DNA of 44,383 nt from Seison nebaliae (taxonomy: Eukaryota): assembly GCA_023231475.1 (NCBI GenBank), contig JALJEE010000548.1, positions 1 to 44,383 on the forward strand. Direction: 5' to 3'. A program made the position numbers and the translations under genes. Positions 1 to 13,449 of this stretch are shown piece by piece (position 1 is the first letter of the stretch; each line of letters begins with the position of its first letter). The notes beneath the pieces are model-generated. The model ran no database searches and was not told the origin of the DNA. It worked only from the letters and a program-made list of their open reading frames with translations.

Positions 1-670
1 CTGTATATTTAATAAGATGTTTCTTTAGCATTTTAATATATGAAACACTTGTTTCCCTCCCTGAAACCCGAACTATGGGACCAACACCTTTGGCCGAAAA
101 ACATGCCCACACCATCACCGATTTTCTGTGATTTTTCGATCCAGTTCGTATTCCCACATTCATTTGATCGCCCTCAACCCTCCAAATGTGACGATTTCCG
201 TCAGGTCCGTTAAGGGAAAACTTTTTCTCGTTTCTGAATACGACGCCGGACCATTCTGGAGGGTCTCTTAAAGTTTTCTCGGCGAATTCCCTTCTTTTCT
301 TAATGTGGTCGTTGGATAAATAGTATTTCGTTTTTTCTTTATCTGAATGGACACCGTTTTCCTTCAAAAGATTTGATATCGTCGATATACTCTTCGTAAT
401 TCCCATTTCTCTTTTGATGGATCGCAAAGATTTATCGCGGTTCCTCTTTGCGGAGAGAACTACCCTCGTTGCCTCCGTATTTTCCCAAGTGGATTTTCTT
501 CCGTTCGTATTCCGCGTGTCTTCCTTTGTTTCTCCCCTTCGAACAACATCTCCAACGGTTGATCTGGGGACATTAAGGGTGGTTGAAATTTCCCTAATGG
601 TCGTCCCTTGTTTCCTTAAAGAAAGGATATCTTCCTGCCTATCTTTCGAGGTCGCAACACTTCTCGTCAT
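1..670 (-). mobile_element. Tc1/mariner (Tc3-like) transposase ORF, runs off the left edge; first catalytic Asp replaced
   Basis: Manual translation from ATG at 670 is open to position 1: MTRSVATSKDRQEDILSLRKQGTTIREISTTLNVPRSTVGDVVRR (HTH) ... KRREFAEK...WSGVVFRNEKKFSLNGPDG...SVMVWACFSAKGVGPIVRVSG. This matches the Tc3-type W..VIFSDEKKFNLDGPDG and VMVW..FS motifs, with FSDE changed to FRNE. Absent from the ORF track because no stop lies in the window. Confidence 0.9.
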
Positions 671-732
671 TTTAAATAACAGTAATATTATAATACACGT
701 GCAGATAGAGCTAATATATAGATTCTATTGAT

Positions 733-2119
733 TATGTTTTTGTTCGATTGACGGACAATAATTTGACAATAGATGAAAAATTTTTGGGAATGGTGCCTTT
801 AACAAACACAACGAAAGGTATCGATGTGTTCCAAGCAATAAAACGTCTAATTGAAAAATTTGATATCACGACAAGTAAGATAATTTCTGTAGCGACAGAT
901 GGTGCCCCGGCTATGAGAGGTCGACGAAATGGTTTTTTGGGATTATTTCAGGATTACATTGGTCATGAAATATTATTTGTTCATTGTATAATTCATCAAC
1001 AAGTGTTAAGCACTAAATCAAATTCAGTTTCCGAAGTTATATCAGTGATATGGGAGATTATTAAAAAGATTAAGAATAAATCTTCATTGACAAATAGATT
1101 ATTTAAAGAATATTTACAGGAAGAGAATATTACGGACCATCTTCCAGATTATTGCCATGTTAGATGGTTATCGGCTAACAAAATGGTTCAGAGTTATTTA
1201 GTTTTGGAAGAACACATTCTTAAATTCATAAAGGATAAGGAATTGGTACCGAAAGAAAAACTAAGTGGATTAGAATCGTTCGATTGGAAGTTACGTGTTC
1301 GTTTTATTTCGGACATTCTACAATTATTTGCAAAGTTGAACCAAAGTTTGCAAGGGAGAAATACAATTTTATTGCAATCCATGAATGAAATTTTCAAATG
1401 TGTTGAAAAACTTAAAATGATGCAGCGTGATTTAGGTGAAGGCGAATTGAAATTCTTTCCAATTTTATTGAAATTCACATCGGATAAAGAAAATTACATA
1501 ATTGAGCAAGAACCTCTATCTACGATGTATTCTAATTTTCAAAATGTAATTGATCAACTAATCAGCAGTTTTCGTGAGCGATTTGACGAATTAAATTCTT
1601 CATTATATTACAAATCGACCGCACTATTAATTTCAAATCCTTTTCAGGAAATAACTTCCGAATTTGGTTTGTTTTCGAAGGACATCCACGACGAATTGAA
1701 CATAATGAGACGTGACACTATCATCAGGACGAAATTTGATTATTTTGTTTCTCAAAAAAAAAATTATATAGTTCCTTTTTGGCAATCCGTCCCAATGGGG
1801 GATTATCCATATATTAAGATGGCAGTTGAAAAATATTTTACGATATTTTCTTCCACATATGTGTGTGAAAGCGCATTTTCTTTAATGAATTATATTAAAA
1901 ACCGAAGAAGAGGTTCGCTGCTAGATTGTAATGTTGAACAATTAATGAGGGTTAAATTAAATAATTGTGCTGAAAATTATTCGGATATAAATTAAAATAC
2001 GAATTAAAAATTTCGTTCCTTTTTTATTAAATAAAAAATTTATTAATCAAAAAATAATTATTATTTATTCACTTAACAACAACACTACTCAGTGGTTTTC
2101 TCACGCTTGCCCACTCCTG
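733..2119 (+). mobile_element. 5'-truncated hAT (Charlie/SPIN/GTF2IRD2-like) transposon with transposase C-terminal part and right TIR
   Basis: ORF 748-1995 has SVATDGAPAM, HCIIHQQ (CxxH), VRW and STYVCESAFS (dimerisation-domain Glu). The N-terminus with the first catalytic Asp is missing. TTGCCCACTCCTG at 2107-2119 (reverse complement CAGGAGTGGGCAA) is followed by an 8-bp TSD-like GTTTAGAG. Confidence 0.88.
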
Positions 2120-2547
2120 GTTTAGAGGATCATTCTAAAAATATTTTTGGAGAAAAGAGAATAATAATTTAAACAAATAAAATTCCGTACACACCCAACT
2201 TATCATTCTCAATTTCTTATTTTTTTATCAAAATTCATATTTCAATAAATTGTTTAGTAAGTTCTCCTTATACATATCAACAAGGAGTGGGAGATAATTG
2301 TCTCTGATGGTTTTCATTACAAAGAGGGTGATAAAATGAGCTTTGTTGTGATAAGTGGGAGGAATAAATGCAAGATTATCAAATTCATTTATGTTTGATT
2401 TCAAATGTTGGAACGTAAGCCTATAATGGCATTATCATCAGGATTTTCTTCTCAAATAAAGGAGAAACATAACAAAATCTTTCAATCGAATTGAATTGAT
2501 TTTTTCTTTTTCTATTTGAAATTCAAATTAGATAACTGTTGGCAGAC

Positions 2548-5500
2548 ATGTCAAGATATTTGTTAAGAAAATTCAATTTTACGAAACTTCTCACAGAGAA
2601 GAACAATAAACGCTTCTTCTCTGTTACAACTGTCTTGCGACAATCGGACAAGAAGAATGACAGTTTCCTTAATGGAACGAACTCCGTTTATATGGAGATG
2701 ATGTATGAGAGTTGGTTGGAAGATCCGTCATCCGTTCACAAATCATGGGATGCTTATTTTCGAACATCTTCTTTTCAGTCTCCTCCTAATTTAGGAGTAA
2801 TTTTTGGGAACAATCAACCGAATACTCATCAGATGCATGCTATTGCCCAACCAATGAATCAATTAGCACCACCTCATCATTCAACTTCCTCTTCTTCTCA
2901 AAAAGACATTGAGGACCATTTGGCAGTGCAAGCGATTATTCGTGGTTATCAAACGGATGGACACCATATCGCTCAATTGGATCCATTAGGTATTTTAGAT
3001 GCTGATTTATCATCAGAGATTCCGTATAATTTAGTTTTATCAAATTATCATTTTTCTGATCAAGATCTCGATCGAGTTTTCACTCTGCCACCTACAACAT
3101 TCGTTGGTGGAAATGCTTCACGTTTAGAATTGAAAGAGATTATTAATCGTCTCCAGAAATGTTATTCACATCATGTGGGAGTGGAATATTTACATCTTCA
3201 CAATCCCGAATATGTTCAATGGATTAAACGTCGATTGGAATGGCCAGGAATTGCAGATCTCGATACTCAAGAGAAGAGAAGAGCTTTATCTCGTTTGATT
3301 CGAGCGACGAAATTAGAAGAATTTCTCGCAAAGAAATGGCCATCAGAAAAACGATTTGGATTGGAAGGATGTGAAGTTTTGATTCCAGCGATGAAAACGA
3401 TTATCGATGTAGTTAGTGATTTGGGAATCGAGACAATTAATATGGGAATGCCACATCGTGGTCGATTGAACGTCTTATCGAATGTAACGAGGAAACCATT
3501 GGAAGAAGTTTTCTGTCAATTCGAATCACAAGTCAATGAAGATGAAGAAGGTTCGGGAGATGTCAAATATCATTTAGGAGCATGTACTGAACGATTGAAT
3601 CGAGTTAATGGAAAATTATTGAAATTAGCTATTGTTGCCAATCCATCACATTTAGAAGCAGTCGATCCAGTTGTTATTGGAAAGACAAGAGCAGAACAAG
3701 TTGCAGTAGCTGATATGAAAGGAGATAAATGTATGTCAATGTTGTTACATGGAGATGCAGCATTTGCAGGTCAAGGAATTGTTTATGAAACATTTCATTT
3801 GAGCGATTTACCTGCTTATACAACACATGGAACGATTCATTTAGTTGTTAATAATCAAATCGGATTTACAACTGATCCTCGTGTTGCTCGATCTTCTCCT
3901 TATTGTACTGATGTGGCTCGTGTAGTAAATGCACCCATATTTCATGTCAATGCAGATGATGTTGAAGCAGTTATTCATGTATGTAAAGTAGCAGCTGAAT
4001 ATCGTTGTCGTTTTAAATCGGATGTGGTAATCGATCTCGTTTGTTATCGACGTTTTGGTCATAATGAAATGGATAATCCGATGTTTACTAATCCATTCAT
4101 GTACAAAGCAATTTCCACTCACAAAAATATTTTAACATTATTCTCAGAGAAATTGATTAAAGAGAATACTGTCACACAAGAAGAATTCAATGAAGAGATC
4201 ACACATTATAATGATATTTGTAATCGTGCATATACTGAATCACATCGAGATGATCGAAAATTAGCATTATCCAAACAAAAGTTATGGCTCGATTCGCCGT
4301 GGAAAGGATTCTTTAAGAAGAATGTCGGTCCCTTCAAATATCCGGAGACGGGAATTGATAAAGAAACTTTCGATTTTATCGGAGAGAAGTTCTGTAATAT
4401 TCCAGATAACTTTAACATTCATGTGGGTCTCAAACGTATTTTGAATAAGAGAAGTGAAATGTTGAAAGAAAGTCTTACAGATTGGAGTATGGGAGAAGCA
4501 ATGGGAATCGGATCATTATTATTAGATAAAGTTCATGTTCGATTATCTGGACAAGATGTGGAACGAGGAACATTTAGCCATCGACATCATGTTCTTCATG
4601 ATCAGAATATCGATTTGAAAGTTCGTGTTCCATTGAACGAAATGAAAAAAAAAGGATATCAAGGCAAATATAATGTCTGCAATTCATCTCTTTCCGAATA
4701 TGCCGTTCTCGGATTTGAATTAGGTTATTCATTACCAAATCCAATGAGTCTCAGTATTTGGGAAGCTCAATTTGGTGATTTCATGAATACAGCACAATGT
4801 ATTATCGATCAATTTATTTCTTCAGGTTATATTCATTTTTTCTCCTCTTTCCACAATTCCAATTGATCAACAGGACAAGCCAAATGGGTACGTCAATCAG
4901 GTTTGGTAATGTTACTCCCACACGGATATGAAGGAATGGGTCCAGAACATTCAAGTGCAAAAATGGAAAGATTTCTACAAGTTATTTTTTCCCTTTTTTA
5001 TGATACGTCAAAATTTCCTCTAGTTATGTGACGACTCAGAAAATGAAGTTCCAGTATTGAATGAATTCACAAAAATGGATCAACTTCAGCGAACGAATTG
5101 GCAAGTTTCAAATTTTCTAAGAAATTTTTAAATAAATAAAAAATTTATTTCAGATCTGTAATCCAACAACCCCAGCACAAGTCTTCCATTTGTTTAGAAG
5201 ACAAATAAAAATGCCGTTTCGAAAACCTCTCGTAATTTTCACTCCCAAATCATTATTGAGAGCACCGGAAGCTGTGTCACCAATCGAAGAATATACAACA
5301 GGTTTCTCTCATTTCTTCTCTTCATATTTTCATGATTGTTGATAGGAACATCATTCAAATGGACCATTACCAATAAGAGTAAAGGAGAATGTAAACGAAT
5401 TCTATTTTGTACTGGGAAATCTTATTATGAATTAGAGAAAGCGAGAAAGAATAAAGGACGAGAAGATTCGATTACGATCGTTCGATTAGAACAAGTATGT

Positions 5501-5773
5501 CCATTCCCTTGGAGTGATGTGACGAAATTATTAGAATCGAATCCAAATGCCGAAGTATATTGGGTACAAGAGGAACATCGTAATATGGGAGCATATCATT
5601 ATGTGAAAGATCGAATGAATACAGCATTGAGGAATTTGAATGATCTGAGAGTTGTGAATTATGCTGGACGAGCACCAGCCGCTGCTTCAGCTACGGGAAA
5701 TAAATCGATGCACAAGATTGAAGAAAGATTATACATCAAAGATGCTATATCAGAATCAGATAAGAAATTTTAG
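2548..5773 (+). CDS. OGDH: 2-oxoglutarate dehydrogenase E1 component, mitochondrial (5 exons)
   Basis: Motifs [69 protein letters not shown]. Introns 4826-4873, 4981-5023, 5105-5153 and 5302-5345 restore [40 protein letters not shown] and [10 protein letters not shown]. Basic N-terminal presequence starts at ATG 2548. Confidence 0.97.
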
Positions 5774-5993
5774 GGAAAATTTATTTAGATGGATAAAAAT
5801 ATTGTTTTCAACATTTCATTTTCAAAATCATAGATTCTTTATCACTGAATTAATAAAGAGTAAGTTCATTTTTTAATCATTTCATAGTTAATGGTATAAA
5901 ACTGTTTATTTGATGATTTCACTCAACGAAAATTAAATTATATATGAGAATAAAAAATGAGATTCGAAAAAAATTAAAAAAAAGTTTCTTCTT

Positions 5994-7100
5994 TTATGTA
6001 AAGATTATTATATCTTCATTATTCATATCATTGAGTGGTGAATAAGTAAAAGGTAAATAAATGATGGGATACTTCTTGATACATGGTTGATTATCGACGA
6101 TATTTGTATCGGTTGTCGAATATTGATTCATCGATTTTTCCCAAATGATAGATCGGTCCGAATTGGCATTGAATTCATTCGCTAACCTCAAAAATTGGTT
6201 TAGTCCTGTTTGTTGATCGTTGGAATGTTCCGATGGGCAAACGATGGATTCATTTAGTGAACGATCAAGACATAATTCGATTGTTGACAAATATTGTTCT
6301 TTCTTTTGAATATGATTTATTGGAAAAGTTGGAATGAATTTTTAATTTAACTTCATAAATGAAACAATAAAAATGGAAAGTTTCATTAGCGTAATTGGAA
6401 AGGAGTGCTCGCTCAATCTCATCAATTGTATAAGTATCATTTTCTGATGGATGAATTGAATGATCTTCCAATAACTTTGTCATGTTATGTTCAGTTGATA
6501 ATTGTATGGTCTTCCTAAAAAATTTCTCAATCGAATTTAATGAAGTGATATTTTGAGCACAAGTGCCATGTTTAAGCCATTCATGTTTCCTAGATAAATG
6601 TTTTCTTCAAAAGAAAATTTGAAAAATGTTAAACCATAATTTTGTGGTTGAATTAGAGAATATATCAGGCCAATAATCTTTCAATTCGTTTTTTATCTCC
6701 TGAAGGACAATATCATTATTATTAATATTATTATCATATTTACAGTAAAGAAGGATGAGAAACTTTTAATTCGGATGCATTCCAAGGAGAATTGCCGCAA
6801 TATTCTAAATTATTTTCATTCGTTAAGTTACTATTAGAAGGCCTGGAAATATATATACGATATGAAATCAGCTTGAGGTGAGATATACACAATGCTTAAC
6901 CATAGACCATGAATAGTCCAGTAATCGATTAAATGTGATATTCGACACGGTTCGTCCACACAGAAAACTGGCGGCCAAAGTTGAGTGAATACAAAATAGT
7001 CGACAATTTCATAACGTTCAAATGTAATATATCCAGCAGAACTTGTATGAACGTTGATGTAGACAAGGAGCACAATACAAACTAAATAGGGAAATTTCAT
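5994..7100 (-). CDS. RNASET2: Ribonuclease T2 family, secreted/lysosomal (5 exons)
   Basis: Signal peptide, FVFTQLWPPVFC, CAS I WTIHGLWP and CAS II WKHEWLKHGTC are restored by introns 6843-6900, 6700-6763, 6590-6634 and 6303-6351. C-terminal QYLSTIELC. Confidence 0.95.
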
Positions 7101-7646
7101 CTTCACATCATTTAATTATTTGTTATTTTTCCTCAAAACATATATTCAGCTATCGATTTAACTTAATGAAGTAACTGATCAGAATAGAAGAACATCATTG
7201 AGGTTGTTACGAAAAAGTACCTAACAAAACTTGTAATCTGACGAAATTAAATATTTTTCGGTAATAAAGATGGAATTCAAAACAAAAGGTAAAATGAAGT
7301 TAAAAATTGGATAATGTAAGTTGAAGAATAATAAGACATTAGAAAACTATTTTTAAATGCAAAAATTTTTAAGTAAAAATTGAAATTAAAAAATTTTTTT
7401 TTCTCATAGTTCATCAGACTTCTTCGTTATTTAACAATCTTCCGAATGGTTTCAGAGTTGTATTTTGACTAGTATTCGTTAATGGGAAATCAAACCATGA
7501 TGACGGTAAATACGATAAAAAATTTGAACGAGAATTTAAACAGAAATTGAATGGTATGAATTATAATTCATAGCTGTATTGTAACTGACTTGTAAGATCA
7601 TCAAATTTCGGATTAATCGTTAAAAGTACATGAAAAAATTGTTTAA

Positions 7647-8679
7647 TTATTTTGGAAATTGCTTAGTTTGGTCTTTTGAAGTGGGAAAGAACATAAGGAA
7701 TACTTCGTGATATATCTTTCCCGTCATCGTTACATAATCAGCCACTTCTTGATCTGTATCTGTTGAAGTAAAGTATTTTAATCCGAAATTAAGAAAGTAA
7801 AAATAACATTTAGTTTCTGCAACTTTCGGAAAGTGTATTGTTGGAAACGGTAGTTTGCTACAAAAATCAGTTTCTGTATCTCTATTAGTACTTATAATAA
7901 TATCGAAAATCGGTTTGTTCATTGATAACTTAGAAGCAACATAATACATATAACCGCAGTTGTATTTATTTCTAAAACAAAATTAAGATAGTTAAATTGT
8001 AATTGGTAAACTAACATATTAAGGTAATATGATTTTCGAGCGTAGTGTGCTAAGAGATTTGTTTCGAAAACATCAGATACTGCGTTACGAACAGAAGATT
8101 TCAAAAACCAATTCTTGTTTTCAATAATTGGTCCGTCTACTACAAAAGTAATAGTAAGTTGTATGGTATGATTTTGGTAAACCGATAATGAGATCTTTTA
8201 ATGAATTTAAAATTTTTTAAGATTGTCAATTAAATTATAACTAAATCATATGTATCATTTAGAATTGATTCATGGAAGTAATGATCCGTATTTTGGTCAA
8301 TCGATTGTAATTCTGGAGGTTCACTTTCAGTTAATGTGATATTTTCAAAGATGTCTCCATTTCCATTTACTAATATTTCAACTATTCTTTCTTCTTTTAT
8401 TCTAGGAATGGTTAAATTACAACTCTTTGCAAATGATGTATTAATTAAAGCGATATTTGGACAATCGGATGATATTAAACTAATAGACCGATAGTCATCC
8501 AAAATTAATTTTGTAATTTTATATTCATGATCATCACCGACTTCTAAATGTAATTGTTGCTCTGTTGTATTAGAATTGTCAAATTGATTAGAAATATAAT
8601 TTATGACATATCTAATGCCTGTTGGATCCCTGTTCATCGAAATCGGAAGGATAAAACACGAGATAATTAAAATAAACAT
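7647..8679 (-). CDS. Uncharacterised, probably secreted protein (at least 3 exons)
   Basis: Three ORF pieces join in frame via GTT..AG introns 8195-8241 and 7972-8015, and the N-terminus is hydrophobic (MFILIISCFILPIS). No family recognised; the 3' end is uncertain. Confidence 0.55.
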
Positions 8680-9832
8680 GCCCTAAAAATAAACTGTAAA
8701 AGTAAAATGATATAAATGAAAATTTTTGTTTCTTAAAAATTGAACTATAAATTGGAGGTGCTATGTTTCTATGACATCACAATCATGAAACCTTAACATA
8801 GTTTAAACAGTATTTCTGGAGTTAATTTTCAATTGATATCAATCACTCAAAGTCATACAATCAAATCAATAATCAAAACTTAACTAATTTCAAAAATAAC
8901 TAAAAATTTCACTAAAAATAAGTCATTGACTTGTACTGCAATGAAAGTGGAGATTGACTAAATGAGTTGTTTGTACCTAATTTTACTGTGATCTTTACAA
9001 TATTGTCAGTTAGTCTATGTACGTACATTGTACAATTGTGGCACAATGATAAATGAATCAATATTAGCCATTAAAACTGAAATGACATGAGATTTTCCAT
9101 GGAACATAATTCATTAACAAAATCAATAAACGAACACAAACGAGTTCAAATGTGTCCAGTGGAATATTCTTTCATGTTGCAGGAACAATTGTACATAATC
9201 CCTTAAGGGAAAGAATCACATAAAGGTAACAAGCGATATTTTTCTATATGGAACATATATGTTCCATTATAATTAAAATAATATGAATAGTATGTGTAAT
9301 CAGTGAAAGTTATAGAAGAATCCCTGATGACATTACGTGACGCATCAACTAATAAAGTATGCTAGATCATAACGAACAATAAAACAAAGATAAAGAAGAC
9401 AGAACAAACAAACAAAGAATGTGCAAATAGGACCAACCACCAGTTGATGAATCAAATTACTAGGTCGGAACAATCAAAAGCAAGATGATAATAGCTGAAT
9501 TAAGATGATACTTTACCTTTTAGTTATAAACCGCTTTCCAATACTTCCAATACTTCCTATAATTTCTCCTTCACCAGGCTTACATATGTCAGAAAGGAGT
9601 TTGAAAATCGCTGAAAACGCTATAGCAAATATATTATATATACATTGCATATGTATTAAACGATTTACCAACGCGTTTATCTCATAATGTATATTATAAT
9701 ATACAATGTATATAAATACAACTAATACAGTCTTTTCAGCTAACAAGTAAGTAGCTAACAATTAAAAGCGTTAATAACAATCGCATTATAGTAAGTTGGT
9801 GGTTCGTAATAAATTTAATTCATTTAATTTTA

Positions 9833-10000
9833 TTCTTAATGAATTTCAAAAAGTTCATTAAAATATTGCGTAACATTGAAATTTGCATTTCGAGACTAAA
9901 GCAGAGTATTGTTGTCTGTGTTAATTCGATATCCAATTTTGTTCTTAACCAATTTCACAATGTTAATTAAAATATGTGATAACATTCAAATTTGCATCTA
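9833..10000 (+). repeat. Degenerate direct duplication, period about 109 bp
   Basis: TTCTTAAT..TTAAAATAT..TAACATTGAAATTTGCAT (from 9833) recurs as TTCTTAAC..TTAAAATAT..TAACATTCAAATTTGCAT (from 9942). Confidence 0.55.
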
Positions 10001-10452
10001 ATTGGTATAATACTCTACTATCTGAACATTGTTTTTGTAAGTAATCTGAGAAAACTGTCTAACTTTTACTGAAAAATAAAGAATTTGGAACTTTTATTAT
10101 AATATATCAATACGTACCTAATTATAAGTTCTAATTGAGATCAGACGAAGAGACCTTCTTTTTGTTCTATAATTGGTTTTAGAAGAAATATTACATTCGT
10201 ACAACATTGGATGAAATTGGTGCATCATAGTTTTATTGTGTGAAAATAATTAGTAAAACCAATACAAATGAGAAAAGAAAATATGACGAACATAATAAAT
10301 TTTTTGATTGAAATTTGAGAAAGATTGGTCTTCATGAAAAATAATTTGTCTTCCATATTTTTTGTTTGTTCAACTTCTATGAAAATTTTATTACCTTCTC
10401 ATTCATCGCGCTTAGCTGTTCATTCGCTTTTTTCATAATTCTTTTGGAAATC

Positions 10453-13449
10453 ATGAAAATGGTTTATGGAATATATTTAATTTTTTACCAATGCTTATTA
10501 GTTTTAGGTCATGCACAATCATTAATACAAGTCATTGAATCGATTGTACTAAATGGTAAAATAAAACATTTGATTATTCTCAATCCATATAGTGAGGCTT
10601 CGATACCGATAGGACACTTGGAACTGCAGTCTTATAGTAGATTGGTGAATCATGGTGTTCGCATATCGTTCATCAGGCGAGATCATTGGAGACAACAACA
10701 AATTTTGTTGATAAATGCTCTGATGGGTATCTATACGACTCATAATACTAAACCGAATATTTTATTTAAATCGAATTCTTCTATTAATTATGACATTGAT
10801 GGTATGATTCGTCAGAGTAGATCTGCCATTCTTACAAGTGATGGTATATTGTTAAAGAAAGTTATTTCTTATAAATATTATATTATATTAATGTTATTAT
10901 TATATAAACGTTAAATATATTTAATCTTGTTGCAAAATCTTGTCAGATGCACAAAAAATGGAAGAGATGTCCACCATTCACTTTACCACCAATTATTTAT
11001 GTAATTTTCGATTATGAAGAACGACCAACATACTATAATGCGATTGTTATTAAAGTTATTTTAAGTTTCTCATCTTCGAATATTGATGATTCTTAAGAAA
11101 TTTGAAGGGAGATTTGTTCGATATTATGGTTATGGGAAAACATTAATCCGAATTAAATATGATGGAACCTTAGTATTGTCTGATAAAACTGGAGGGAATC
11201 AATGTGATAATAAATGTTCTTATGAAGAAAGTTCATTGCATAACGAATATGTGAGACAGATTGTTGATTTATCGATAGCTACATTCCTCAAATTTAGTTT
11301 CAATATAAATTCTTATTTGTATTCCAATGTTCACTTGAAATCGAATATTTCTTACTCATATCGACTTGGATTGGAACACAGTAAAATATTCGCATTGCAG
11401 CCTCATACTTGCAGGAAAAATTTGAAATTTTTTCAATCGTTTAACGAAGGTTTATAATTATTCGTAATTTCATACCAACTCTATGGAAAGCCACACTAGA
11501 GATCTTCTAAATATCTTATTTTTCTTATTCTTTACATTTTATTCTTACCTAGTGTGCAAACTGTATCAAAGATGTAATATGAGAATCTCACCATTTATTC
11601 TTCATCATATTACTAAATCATATATTCGGGAGTTCGACGTGGATGATAAAATAGTGCAACATGATGTTGTCCCCAAATGGATCAATCCTTGGACTATTGG
11701 CAAATCATCCAGTACAGAAAATATACGTGTTGTTATGGCAATTAGTCCTCCATTCAGAATGTGGAAAAATAAAAATATTCAATACAACTATCCAGTTTTA
11801 GTAACAGAAACTAATATTAGTCAGTTGACTGGTTATTCTATTGACGCTTTTAAAATTGTTATGGACAAAATGAATACAAAGTTTTGATTTGTTAACAATT
11901 GTGTTTCACAAATTTTATTATAGGTATAGTATAACTGTTCACCATTCCGATACAGCAACGGGGAACGAAAATGAATTTGAAAATGGAGTTACTGGATTAC
12001 TTCAATCACTTACAAATGGAGTTAATTCTATTTTTTAAAAAAAAATTCTTTGATTTCTTCAAAGGATTTTGACATGTTCATCGATGGTGTCTATTCACAA
12101 ACAAGAGGCAAATATGTCAAAGGAACAACTGCTATTATTAGTAAAGGAATTGGATTCGTCGTAGCTACAAATGGGAAGATTGACATTTTCCAAAATATGT
12201 TCAGAATATTTAGAAGTCTTAGTCCACTGGTATGGATCTTAGCATGTATTTGTATATTATTAGTGTCGTTCCTTTTGTACATCATTTTGAAAATTGAATT
12301 TATCACATTTAATGTGGGACGTAAAAGGAAAAGAGTCGAACCTCGTCAATTCAAAAAAGCTGCGGAGATGATAGGAAAAGAAAAATTGAAGTATGACCAA
12401 AATCATACGTATTTATGGGATTTATCGTTTAAAACATTAGTACCTAAGATATGGAGGAATACAGAAGCTTATCGATTACAAAACTCTAATCAATACGTAG
12501 TGAAACGTGACATTTCTTCATATATGGTAGCAGTTTTCACAACGGCAAGTTTTTCTCATTAATTGACTATGAACTTAAAGAAATATTATTTTAACTTTCA
12601 TATCAGATTATGGATTTAAACCAGATTATTGGGCATCTCGAATTCTCATTTTGTTTTGGTGGATTTTCTGTTTAGTTCTTACTCAATCTTATACCGCCAA
12701 ATTAACGGCATTATTGACCGTTGAAAACAAAAGAGTTCCTATTCAGTCGATGAATGACATTGCTAAACATTCGGAGTATATTCCACTCGCTATCAATGGT
12801 ACGTCGACTACGGCAATGTTGAAAGTTATTCATGTGATTTTTTTATTCAATTAATTAAACATTTTATTATCTAGTTATGGCAATTCGAACCATATCAAAC
12901 TATTTACGAGAGATTACAGATCATTTCCAACAGAAATCAAGCAGTCGAATACGTACAAAACGGCTATTATGTATTCTTGGACAATAATTATAATCTAATG
13001 GAACTGACAAAAGAGTATTGTAATTTGGAAATGATTTATGAAAATGACGGAGAGCGTCCAGTCGCTTTTATGGTCTCTCAAGAATTTAGATATTATGATT
13101 TTCTAAATAATATGTTAATATAATAATAATAAAAATACTAATTCTTTTAAATTTTAATAGTATTGCTAATATCGAAGAGATGGGAATATTTGCTCGTTTA
13201 AGAAATAAATATTGGCCACCAAATGCTCCAAAGACATGTAGCAATGAAAAGACGGAAGATAATGGTACATTAGTTGATTCGATTATTAGTAAGATATTCA
13301 AACCAAAACGAAATCAATATATCACAATCTATCAAATTATTGGAGTATTCATCGTATGGGCGATTGGTACATGTTTATCTTTAATTATTTGTTTAATCGA
13401 AAAGTTGGTTGGAGGAACGGTTTGTTTAAAAACAACGAAATCTCAATAA
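10453..13449 (+). CDS. Divergent ionotropic glutamate receptor / variant ionotropic receptor (9 exons)
   Basis: Signal peptide and long N-terminal domain. S1 RVVMAISPPF..LTGYSIDAF..TR, M1 LSPLVWILAC, M3 RILILFWWIFCLVLTQSYTAKLTALLT, S2 GTST, LRNKYW..C, M4 IIGVFIVWAIG. Introns 10861-10946, 11055-11097, 11450-11552, 11881-11923, 12021-12064, 12549-12606, 12825-12874 and 13114-13160 keep the frame. Confidence 0.9.

Noticed and set aside
414..731. 105-aa plus-strand ORF
   Set aside because: It is the antisense shadow of the Tc1 transposase frame on the minus strand.
2500..2531. Pyrimidine tract plus TAG 16 nt before the OGDH ATG as a possible spliced-leader trans-splice acceptor
   Set aside because: A GTT at 2407 could serve as a cis donor for a 125-nt UTR intron, or the site may be unused; this cannot be resolved without transcripts.
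9248..9267. 20-bp perfect palindrome ATGGAACATATATGTTCCAT, with TGTACAATTGT inverted motifs nearby
   Set aside because: Isolated and AT-rich, with no TSD or other support for a function.
9505..9761. Overlapping short ORFs on both strands
   Set aside because: No recognisable motif and no consistent splice model.
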